A DNA stretch of 63,809 nucleotides, the filler included, from Licmophora abbreviata (Eukaryota): assembly GCA_900291995.1 (NCBI GenBank). It is 11 parts of 11 records of this genome, joined end to end, with 100 filler letters (N's around TTAATTAATTAA, not from the genome) between each part and the next. Parts side by side here need not be neighbours in the genome. Positions count along the whole stretch, not along the records: positions 1 to 19,047 come from OLMU01005241.1; 10 more parts are not named here. One strand, written 5' to 3'. Made by a program: the position numbers and the translations under genes. Shown here in pieces: positions 1 through 11,264 of this stretch; the stretch's first letter is position 1; each line of letters begins with the position of its first letter. The notes under the pieces were generated by a model that searched no databases, had not been told where the DNA came from, and saw only the letters and a program-made list of their open reading frames with translations.

Positions 1-517
1 CCAGTCGGTCGATCCTTTGTGAAAGCCCCTAGAGCCGCGGGAAACAACGCCGCTTGCATGCCCATGGTTGCCCTCGGATTCGCCTAGATTTGGTTCTTCC
101 AAATTTGCCGTCTCTCCATCGCACGGAAAGCATCTCATGTCGTAGAGTTCTACAGAAAGCGTAGCACAAACCGTAGGCGTTGTACTGCGTGCTACTGCAA
201 CTTCAAATTTCGCAAACTCCTCCTCCACCTCGCCATGACACGAGACAAGTCACAAAGCAAGACAAGTGGGACAAACAAGCAAACGTATAAGAAGCAAAAG
301 AAGAAGATCAATCGAAAGGTACGTCGATTGATAGATGCATCGTTCTTGGAATACGAGTGGCCTGGATGATGAGACGAAGGCGTCGACTTTCTTCAGGTCT
401 TTCGACGTTGTCACAACACAAGATGTGCTTTTGAAATGAAACAAACTCACTTACTCTTCGCTATCATTCAACATCCTTCTTACTCATTCGACAATTGCCT
501 CGCTGAGCAGACGTACC

Positions 518-3500
518 ATGGATAACGGTCGCTTGTTTGGCAATGGCGCAGCGCAAGTCAACTCAGTTCCTCTGCCAGAAAAGGTGCCTCCCATCGCTCG
601 TCGCGCGGAGGAGCATGAAGAAACGGATCCAATCGAGACGGACAAGAAAAGGAAGTTTGAAAAGATTCCCTCTTATGTCCAGCATCGTCGCGACGGAAAC
701 ACAGCCTCGAGTCGTGCCCCGCCGTCTCGCATTATCAACGGATTTGGATTTGGCAAGCGCAGAACATCGTCGGTCTTGTCCATTCCAGAGGGTTCCGCTG
801 CGAGTACACGACCGAAACTTTCAAAGATGCGATCGCAATTCATTGAAAGCAGTAAAGATCTTCAGTTGAGCGTTCTACCCATGTCCGGATACGCGCAGTC
901 ATCGAGTCGCCGACTACTTGATGCAAAGCCGCCGGATGACAACGTATCGCATCGCCGTTTGATTGCTGCGGTGCCAGAACTCCAGATGGGCATTTTGCGA
1001 AAGGACTCAAGTGAGTCGCTCAGGTCAGATGAAGCGGTAGACTTGGCTCCAACTCGCCTAATGGATATCGAGAAAGGCTCGTCGATACCACTTTCGGATC
1101 TGAACTTCCTCCCACGGACTCGGTATGAAGTGACGAATCGTCCTGATACCGTGTCGACTACAGTCACACCCTTCGCCAAGGAGAATGATGTCTTCTTCGT
1201 CGAGCACGGGGTGTCGCTGGAAGATCGCATTCGCAAGGGTGACATTCGTGAGTTTGAGACCAACAACGAAGTCGGGGTCCTTGGCGGTGCTTGGCGTGGG
1301 GCGCTACGTCGTCTCCTCGTTTGGTCGTACGATAGTGTCAATGCTCTTCGCTTGACGCGAGCTCTTCAACCATTCTTGCCCTTTCTAACTGGATACGAGG
1401 CATACGTCATGGATCAAGTCATTGAAGCCTTGGGGAATGGTCGCAAGCATGATATCCAGCATGTCTTGACGGTCGCCTTCCAGAACCGGAACGTCAGCCG
1501 CATCCTCGTGCAACAAATCGGACCTCGCTACGACTTTCTGTGGCACTGGAGTACCATGGTGACCTGGAACCGCATCTTTGACGCATGGGGGCAGTTGCCC
1601 ATTGTGGGAATCACAAGCTTTCCGGCCACGGAGAACTTCCCGTCTACGAGAGATCACGCCTTGGCCAGTATCTTTCGCATTGTGTTGGGCGAAGGAAATT
1701 GGCTGACTCGCGTCGTGACCCAGGGGCGTGAAGGCATTGTTACGAATGATCCAAACAATGCAGCCCAGAACCTCACAGCGGAGTCAAACGGATTCGAGCT
1801 GGCCAATCGCAACCAGTATGGCACGTACTTCGGACGGCTCAAGACGAACGAGTTTCGATTTTCCCATCGCCTTCCCACGGACGAGAGTATTGTGCGAACG
1901 TTTGTAACCCAGCCGATGCCAACGATGCTGAACAACGGCGTGGTGCATGTATTGCGTCAACTCGCCAAGCATTGGCACAATATGCTTCGACAGCAGAATT
2001 TCGCCCACCAGCGGATGGAGCAGCTGGATCCGTTTGAAACCCTGCGTTTTCACATGCCGGTGGTGCTGTTGACGTTATCGTCATTGCGTGGTCGAAACCG
2101 CTGGGACTCTGTCGTTCTTGGTCCAGTCATTCGCGAGTTACAGGGCTTAAAGCCTGGCTTTACAGCTGATGCCGCTCGCAATCTCGTGCGGCGGTTGCGA
2201 AACACGATTGCTATGGATGTGTGCGGTGGTGTCACGACGCTTCTAGGTCCGCTTATGGCGTGGCTGGAGGCTATTGAAATGGCATGCAAGGGTATTGAAG
2301 AAGAGGCTAAAGACGTGTACGATATACTCGCGTCCGTTGAGGTTGGAATCCGTCTTGGTCATGACCTGATAACTCAGGTAAGCTGGAAGATCCCGAGCGA
2401 AGAGACACTCAAAGAAGCAATCGTTAATCACATTCATGGTTTGACGACGAGCAATGTCGACGAGTCTAGTATTCGAAGCGCCGTGACAAAGATCGCTTCC
2501 CGTGATATGCGAACTCTCTTCGAGCTCGTGATGGCTGGACTTGGTGAAAGCAGACCTGCCCAGTTGCTTCTTGGTCGCACAAAGACGTTACTGGAGCGAG
2601 AGCTGCGCCGCAAAGCTTTGAACGAAGGGATTCGTGAGTTGTCTGTAGGCCCTGTATTGTCCGAGGCAGATCTCCAGCACGACGAATGGTACTGGCTTGA
2701 GGAGGACGGTAGAGCGGATGTCTACACTTATGATTCAAAGATTACCGGACGATACCAGTACCGGTTCATTGGCGTTGTCTCTCAAACTGAACGGCTCGAG
2801 TCGTTCTCGAGCGACCAAGTTACGCTGAAAGGATACATCCCCGTCGCCGAAGCGATTTCTCGTGCTCAGCGTGCCTTTATGAACATTGAGTTGGACCACG
2901 GCAAGCGGTACAGCTACAACGCATTCATGGAATTCTCATATCTGCGCACAGCCTTACGGCGTCTTGTTGTCATTTCGGAGGTTACTTGCGAGGAACTGGA
3001 CAAAGCAAGACTCAATGTCCTTGCGGAGATTCAGCGTTCCAATCAGATGGAGGTTTTGGTCTCTGAGTTGCAAGTTGGGAATCAGTATTTTTCGTTTGAT
3101 TCTATCGAGAACGAATATGTGCCCTTCTCTTTCCAACGGCAGTACACACAATCCGACCGTGATTGGCGTTCACTTTCAATTAACAAAATTGTAAAGGCCC
3201 CACCGCAATCAGTGATAGTGATTGGAGGCGGTCCCACTGGTCTGATAACAGGGATCCACTCCCTCGAAAGCGTTCTAGCCAGTGGTGGCGATATGAAATT
3301 GTACGAAGCTCGTGATGCTTTTGCACGCGGCGGTGCGACGTTTGAGAGAGCCCAGATCGTTCGATTGGACGCCCGGTGGATTGCGATGCTGCGATATCAT
3401 CTCGGCACTGGATTTGAGGATGCAGTACATTCCTGCTTCAGGAGAAACCGATGCGCAGCTTGGAAATACTCTGTAGGTTACTGAAGCAATTGTTCGATCG

Positions 3501-6500
3501 AATCAAAGCATCGCACGCGACATACACCTCTCTAACAAGTTTGCCTGCAACTTCTGTTTTTAAGGGCTTCCCAAGGATTCGTCGAGATCACAATCAAGGA
3601 TTTGGAAAATATGCTTCACGAAGAAGTCTCTAAATTGTGGTCCAAGGGCTTGATTAAGGTTCATACTGACTCGCAGACGAAGTTTGACCACAATTCGAAT
3701 GCGCTAACTAAGCTCGGGGAGCACTTGAAGCTTGGAGATAGAATTCTTCGACGAGTCGACGAGAACGGCCGTTTATCCAACCGTCAACGTTCGTGGGAGA
3801 TTGTGGATCTGATCTACGTCCAGCCGCTGAACATCTCCGAGGTCAAGGTTGGACAGGAGTACGGTATCTACATGCGCGCCGAGGAAGCCGTCATTCCTTT
3901 CAAGCTAGTAAGCGTCGATATCGAATCCAGCTTCTACAGTTTCAAAGCCGTAGACGATGACCAAGACGATCTCGAGGCGACTGCTCTTCAACTCCCTTCC
4001 ATCTACCCTGGAGGTATGTCACGACACCTAGAGGTCGACAAAGTAGTCTTCCAGTGCGTAAAGGCAGGCTCAAAGAAGACGCATGTGCGCACTTCCATGC
4101 CCATGAAGCTTATTCGAACACAGAAATTCACTATGGACGTCGGTCACTCTCACGTCGTGGAGGCCATTGGGTAAGGGTTTCTCGTACGGTTTCTTGGGGG
4201 CGTTCGCAAAATCAATTCTTCCCCTTCTCACTTTACTTTTCTTTTGTACACTCAGGAAGCCTCACGGGTCGAACGTTCATTTTCGCGTAACGACCTACGA
4301 GCCCTACGGGGTTTGCTGCATTCAAGGTCTCAAAATCTCCATGGGTATGCACAACTTTGGCGAAAAGCGATGGGGATCGGGCCTGTTGGACGATATCCGC
4401 AGTCAGAATGACCAGAATACTCGTATTGTCGGTGATTTCACTAAGATGGTTCGGTCGGCCCCCGTCGCGAAGAAAATGCTGGAGTACATGACAGACTCAA
4501 AGGACACAAACTGGCAGACGCACTTTCTCACGCTTGTGGAGGAGTCCGGTTTCCCGGAGCTGAACGAGTTTGATCCAGTTCTCCCTAAGATTGTGGCCGC
4601 ATGTGTTGAATTCGAGAAAGCAGCTCCATCTTTCAAGCGTCAAACGTTACAGACGCGCTTCTTCGAAACAGGTGACAATTATTATCTTGGTAAGTTGATG
4701 TGGCATTTCCACCTTCGCGTGGCCTTGACTGCCTTGTCCTCAAGATGTATGGTCTCATCTTTATGACACGTTCGCTTTAGGGATGGAGCTCACCCGCGAG
4801 TTTGACACGTGGAAGAACGAATTGGCATCCGAACTTGTTGGTCCATTGTCGCTCAAGGCGAAAACTGAAGAAGTCAAGACTCGAGTGAACAAGCTTAAGT
4901 CTACGCTGCTCCACCATATTGATCGACTTTGGTACGAGGGAGTGTTGGAGGTCATCCGGACGGGAGATGTCTACAATCCTGGTGCTCGTCACCGGGTACC
5001 GCGGCTGTACTTGATCAACTCGCACTCGGAGGTAGAAATCGGAAGCTTACCCGTCGGAGAGAGTTTTCGATTGACAGGTTCATCGGATGATCTTTTTGAA
5101 ATTGTCATCAAGCGTGGATCCCAAATTATCGTGCGCAATTTTGAAGGTTTCATCTCGGAGATGAGTTTATCAACGATGGTACGGCGCGAGGGCAATCTGA
5201 CCCGCAGTCCTGATGGCAACAAGGAATCTAAAGTATCTCTTGCGACATTTCCTGTTGCACACCATGTCAACTTTCGCACGATGCGTCTGAATGACTCAGA
5301 CAAAGGCTACGTGTTTGCTTTTGTCGGCGATGAGCAGGCGACACCCCACTTCATGCGGTACAGTGGACTGACCGGAGCTTGTGTAAACGCTATGCTGTTC
5401 AATAATTTTGTGAAGCAGGCGATTGAAGGCGTTCCCTTCATTGACCGCTACCGCTCGTACTCAGTTGAGACGGACTGGTCCAACGGTGAAGTGGTTCAAC
5501 GGGGAACGGGATCAAACTATGGACTGGATGGTTTCTTGCGCCCGGGCTTCCCTTACGAAAATGGGGTGGATTATCTTCATTCCAAGGTGACTGAATGTTG
5601 CGAGACCGAGCAGGACTTGGATGACATTCTGTCGCACGACTGGAAGGTTAAGATAGCGGCCTCAATAGTACCTCGTGGCATGGAGCTGAACGAAACTTTC
5701 GTCGATGCGTTGTATCAGCAGCTTCAGTCAATGATCTTCGACAAGTTCGTGAACGAGGCCACAATGGGCAACAAACACCGCAGCGAATCGCTGGAAATTG
5801 CGTTGAAAGCTCGTGCGCGAGCGATGATGACAGAACGAGCGAAGCTTGATTGCCAATCATATTGGCGAGACTTCGTCCTGGGTTTGCGCTTAGACGAGGA
5901 AACCAAGGAAGCTCTTGAGAAGGGTGCAGTGTCGACTGCGATTCGTCTGGAGCAGATTTGCAACGATGTTATCGATTTTGCCAAGAAGTCGTATTTGTAC
6001 AACGAGCGCGTCTCCTCCGAGCTGTTCAACCAGCCTAAGCCGGTGGATTCGATCGTCGACGATTTCGCGGTGGAAGCACAAAACTTTGCCAACGCGCTCA
6101 CCATGTCGGCCGCCTTTGCGTCTGGTGTACTAGCGTTTCGCCTTGTTGGTGATAGGGCTGCAGGCATCGCGAGTGCATTGCTCGCTGTTTTCAATATTCT
6201 CATTTCGTTCGGAACAATGACGAATTCGGCCCGATACAAGATCCGCAACGAAGAAGCACGTGTCGAAATCGCCGATGAGGAGCTACCTCGAGTGATGAAG
6301 GGCGTGTTTGGTTTGATGGACCGCGAGTCTCAGGATGCGCTTCCAATTGAGAAGAACCCCTTCGTCATCGACCTTGAAAGAGCGGTGGACATCTTCTTGA
6401 AGAACGCCGCATACTATGACGAGCCCGAGCCAACTGAGTTTAAGGACTCGTACGCCAAACTCAAGGAGAATATCAACGATCCAGTAGCGATCCAGGTTTT

Positions 6501-7677
6501 CCAGCGACTTTTGACAACTAAGTTCATTGTGAAGACCTACCACGTCAACTCGTATTTACAGGAATATTTGGTCACCATCTACAAGATTCTTGAAGAAATG
6601 TACGAAATGCTGACGGAGGAAGTCGATGGTACGGTTGGAGGGGAGGAAGCTCATCGCCTCTTCGACCGATTGCTTGCTTTCCGCCCGCGACTCGAGGGGA
6701 CATTGCAGCGCGGTTCTACCCGCTACGGCTTTGTCAAGCAGCGCAAGCTTTCTGACTGGGATATCGTCGTCTTATTCAAGTATGCGTGGATTTTGATGTG
6801 GTGTACCAACTCGACCCGAGCCGTTGCTCTTGCGCCCATTTCAACTGAGACGTTAGGTATCGTCAAGCAGACCAAGCGCCTCGCTAGCCGCGGCATGCCT
6901 CACATTTTGTGCCGCGAAATCCGTCATTTGGACACGCTTTATTGGGCGACTCGTGAGAGCGACATCGGCAGCTTGGTGTTCATGAACGCATTTTTCGTGT
7001 TCTTTGCGAGTCTAATCTTTTCCGTAGCCCGAGCCTTGCGCGTGGATCTGTTGGAAAAGTTCGCGTTCTGGGCCGTCGCCGCATCGGCGCTTGGTGCAGT
7101 CCTTGCCGCTTTTCATCTCTGGCGCAAGCTTTGGATTCTTCTTCGCTTGGCTGGTACGCTCGCAACCAAGGCACGCAAGTCTCGGTCGCTCGATGATCGA
7201 AAGAATGTTCGTAGCGTTCTGGGAGTGACGGCCATCCAATTGCTGCTTACGGTAATGCGTTTGATGACCGCTGGCGCCGCTTCGGTCGCGTTGCCGTGGT
7301 CCGTGGCGGAGAATGGTTATGGCGACCGCGTTGACTCACATGAACTGCTCCCCTTCTGGATTGCGCTGGGCGCCGTCGGCATGGCAATTGTTTCGATGTT
7401 CTTCTTCTTTGTGGTCGAGTACATGGTTCGTTACAACCTAAGTCCCAGGTTGGGAGAGTTCGTCTGTGAGAGCTTTCGTGAAGAGATTGAAGAGTTGTAC
7501 GATATGTTTTCTCGTCCCTTGAATGACATTGATACGAAACAAGTGCAGGAACGCGAGACATGGGAGTTTGTGGCTCGTGAGTTCTTGCACCGTTACCGAT
7601 TTGATGCTGTGTTTGCTGCGGATCGGTTCGGGAACATTCTACAGTACATTCAGGGCGGCATGGATCTACACAAGTAG
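518..7677 (+). CDS. Giant (~2,296 aa) membrane-anchored FAD-dependent monooxygenase-like protein, copy A. Exons 518-3472, 3565-4170, 4256-4689, 4781-7677, with an apparent +1 frameshift at 3422-3425.
   Basis: Four ORF blocks are joined by GT-AG introns (3473-3564, 4171-4255, 4690-4780) at the same positions and phases as in copy B. Rossmann motif VIVIGGGPTGL...KLYEARD (~3212-3315); GD motif FAFVGDEQATPHFMRYSGLTGA (~5314-5380); about 6 hydrophobic helices in the last ~550 aa. Confidence 0.8.
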
Positions 7678-7712
7678 AGGAGCGATAGTGAAGAGATGTA
7701 TTGGTTAGAGTG

Positions 7713-7784
7713 AGGAGGCTCTTGGATCATAGAAGTACAGATAAGGATAGGAGGCTCTTGGCGCATAGATGTACAGATTAGGAT
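7713..7784. repeat. Two imperfect 36-bp tandem copies downstream of gene A
   Basis: aggaggctcttggatcatagaagtacagataaggat / aggaggctcttggcgcatagatgtacagattaggat. Confidence 0.8.
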
Positions 7785-8107
7785 AGGATTCTGCAGGACA
7801 TGTGGGTATGAAATACACGTCGTAAGAAGTACTTCATCACATATGCTTATTCACGCGGGACTCGGATACCACCTTGAGGGTCCTTTAGTCGCTGCTTTGA
7901 TTTTTCACGAAAGCGGCAGGAACCCGAAAGGGTGTGGTACTCTCGCGCTGTATTTTCTAGTATTTTGTATTTTGTATTTTGGTTGAGTGCCCCGTCGTCA
8001 TGCAATCACAATCATCACAGCAGACGGGCAGACTGCGTCGACGATCTTTGACTGCCCGCCCTGCCTTGTCAGTGTTTGAGACCTGCTTGTAATCGCATCC
8101 ACTGACG

Positions 8108-10975
8108 ATGGATCAGCAGAGTCCTCCCTTGCGCCGACTGTCGGAAGACTGGACTAAGAGACGCGGCGTGTCTCAGGATGCGGCAGCCCTGCAGGCCAAA
8201 CGAGCGTCAGCCTTTCGAAAGTCGTACGAAGCCAGTACGACCATGGAGCGGCTGCGGTCCACCATGACTGGCGGATTGAAGCAGCAACGAGAGGAGCCTC
8301 TCAGTATGGGGCCTGACTCCTCGTTTGGCGATGAAGGGTCCGAACAGAGCGGAAGACGACCGCGGCGGCCGATTCTCCGGAAACTGCAGCTCGCTGCTGG
8401 CCAGATGCCTGCTGTTGTTTTGATCGGTTTGTTTCACATGATGATAGGCACGTGTTTCGGAGTGTCCTACTTTCCGATCGGGTGGAGAAGCGGTGAAGCG
8501 ACCAATAGTCTGTCGGACGAAGCTGAAGAAGATGGTATTTCGGGTCCCTTTCCGCTGCCCAACAAGGAAGGTCTTGGAATCCGCATGTTTCTCTTTTCCA
8601 CCATGATCTCTCAGGTGGTATTTACGGCTCTTTCAAAGTTTCCAAACGCTATAGGTCTTCAGATGGTCGAGAACGTCCCTTTCTGTCATGCACTGAGCAG
8701 GATTGTTATTGCGCATCAGGGATACGGTGTCGCGTCTCTGTCGACCCTTTTTGTCATGTGGGGTGTGGCTTCCATTGTGGTCGGGGCCGTCTTTTTCACT
8801 CTGGGGAAACTGAAGCTAGGACGAATCGTATATTATTTCCCGACGCACGTTCTTGTAGGGTGCATATCAGGAATTGGCCTCTTTATTGCGAAAACTGGAA
8901 TCGAAGTGACGATGGATGCAATCTTGACCATGACCGCTCTGATACAGAATGTTCGACTCTGGCGTGTCGTCCTATTCTTGGAGATCCTGTTGCGTGTGCT
9001 CGAGCGAGTAACGCGGGATGCGCAAGGCAAACCAAAGTACCCGTTGTTATCTCCCATTTACTTTTGCATGATTACACCCTTCTTTTACGTGGCTCTCTTG
9101 GTCCTTCGCGTCGATGTGGACGATGCCATGAGTACTGGGTACTTCTTTCCATCACTGCAAGAGAACGACGGCGACGATTCATCCATATGGACCATGCATT
9201 TGTTCGACATGTGGCGAGTGATCGACATGTCGACTGTATCTTGGACGGCCATCGTCGATTCGATACCTACGCTCGTGGCGTTGACGCTCTTTTCACTCAT
9301 TCACGTCCCAATCAATGTTCCCGCACTTTCTATCTCCACGAGAACGGAGTTCGACATGAACGAAGAGCTCATGGCACATGGGATCAGCAACATTGTATCT
9401 GGCCTATTTTTAGGGGTGCAGAATTATATGGCTTATACACAGAGCGTCGTCTACCACCGAGCCGGAGGAGCGGGGACCGCCTCTGGGTTGGCAGTTGCTG
9501 GTATCACGGCCATCCTCTTCGTCGTCGGACCGACGGTTGCGTCGTACATCCCGCGGTGCATGGCAGGCACGTTGCTATTGCACGTGGGTATGGATCTGTT
9601 CGTCGAGGGCGTCTACGATTCCTACGAAAGATTCGACAATCTGGAGTACTCAGGGATTTGGCTCATTGCCATGGTCATGTCGCTGTACGGAATGGAAGCG
9701 GCCATGGTCGCCGGTGTTGTGGTGGCCATTTCCACTTTTGTCGTGCAAAATATGACATACGTAGATCCAGTACGAGGGTACATGTCGGCTGCGACCTTGC
9801 GAAGTAACCAGTTGACCCGAAGTCCCATGGCTCGATCACTGTTAGACGATCCAGTTACAGGACGAAGCAGAATACTGGTCGTTCAGTTGCAAGGGAATCT
9901 CTATTTTGGGAACATGGCAAACTTGACGGAGAGCATATCTCGGCTGTTAAACGAGAAACGGAGTGCTACTGATGAGCCAGTCATTGTCATTATAGATTTC
10001 TCACTGGTGCTTGGAATCGATTCATCGGCCGCGCAGAGTATGGCGAAACTCAAAACCACAATGCAGAAGCATTTTGACGTGCAGCTCTCTATCTTTGTCA
10101 GCGGTTCAGACGATGGCTTTCCTTGCGAGTTCAATATGTCCAAGGAGCTGTCTGCTCCAAGTATTCCGACAAACCCATTGAAAGAGGGCGATGGAGAAGC
10201 TCTCACAGAAGCGACAAGTCTTTTGCGGCTCCCGCATGTTTCGTCATACGAAGCGATGGAAACCTTGGCCTTCAGTGGAAGCCATGTGTGCAACAGCCTG
10301 AACTTGGCGCTTGTGTACGCCGAGAATGCATTGATCGACAGGGAAGATGCTTCACTTTTGGACAGTGACGTGGGGATTCTTGATGGGGCTGGACTCAGTC
10401 CAGGTTCAACCCGGGCGGAGGAAAGCAGTGCTGCCTTGCGTTACTTGGTGAATCTCTGCCCCCGCAAAATGAATGCTAGGGATGTCGAGCAACTGCTTTC
10501 CGTTTTCGAACGAGAATTGTACATGAAGGGCGATATTATTTGGAAACAAGGCTCCCCAAGTGTCTGTATGAAGCTTCTCGTACACGGTCAGTTGATTGCA
10601 GAGTTGGAGAACGAAGCGGGTACAAGTGAAACAATTCAAGCGGGCAACACGGTGGGAGAGCTCGGTCTCGTCGAGGGCGTCGCCCGGATGAGTTCTGTTC
10701 AGTGCTTGTCCGACGAAGCAATTCTCTTTAGTCTAAGCAAGGAAGCATATGAAGATCTGGTTGAATCTTCACCACGCGCGGCTCGTATTGTGGATTTAAT
10801 TTGTGTCAGATATTTGTCAGCTCGTGTGCAGGTAAGTCATGCCATGTAGAGACTGTCCGGTAAGCGAATCGCAAGTTCCGGCGAACATCCCGCTCATAAA
10901 CTGTTGTGCATGGTTTCAACCTTCGTGAAGCATGTGAGCAACCGCATCTTTGAGACGAGGTGCCTCCCGATCTAG
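8108..10975 (+). CDS. SulP/SLC26-family anion transporter with STAS and cyclic-nucleotide-binding domains. Exons 8108-10831 and 10931-10975.
   Basis: Many TM helices; motifs KLGRIVYYFPTHVLVGCISGIG and FDMNEELMAHGISN; STAS (VVQLQGNLYFGN...VIIDFSLVLGIDSSAA); cNMP domain (KGDIIWKQG...GNTVGELGL...RMSSV). A GT-AG intron at 10832-10930 adds HVSNRIFETRCLPI*. Confidence 0.92.
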
Positions 10976-11264
10976 AGCTTAGTAACACAGATTTGTGATA
11001 GACGCTTCGACTCGACTGACTGACTGCCTCTTGCGTAAAATGTGAGAGAGGATTTGCGGGTCATTCGAAAGTCATTCTGACATCATGTTTTTATCATACG
11101 ACAATCTTCACTTAGGTGAGCGAGCGTTGAATGACATTTTGTGATATATAATTATCGCTATCTGATTGTTGCATACGAGTCTGACGCTCGAAATTTTGGC
11201 CTGTCACAACTCTCAACGCAGATTTCCTCAAAGCCGCAAACAGAGACACGCTGTTGATCTTTCG

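Noticed and set aside
3212..5400. Flavin-dependent halogenase interpretation of the giant flavoproteins
   Set aside because: No WxWxIP motif is seen; the motif pattern fits monooxygenase/MICAL-like enzymes better.
8758..9807. 349-aa alternative-frame ORF within the SulP gene
   Set aside because: R/H/C-rich composition is typical of an off-frame reading of hydrophobic codons, and there is no independent evidence.
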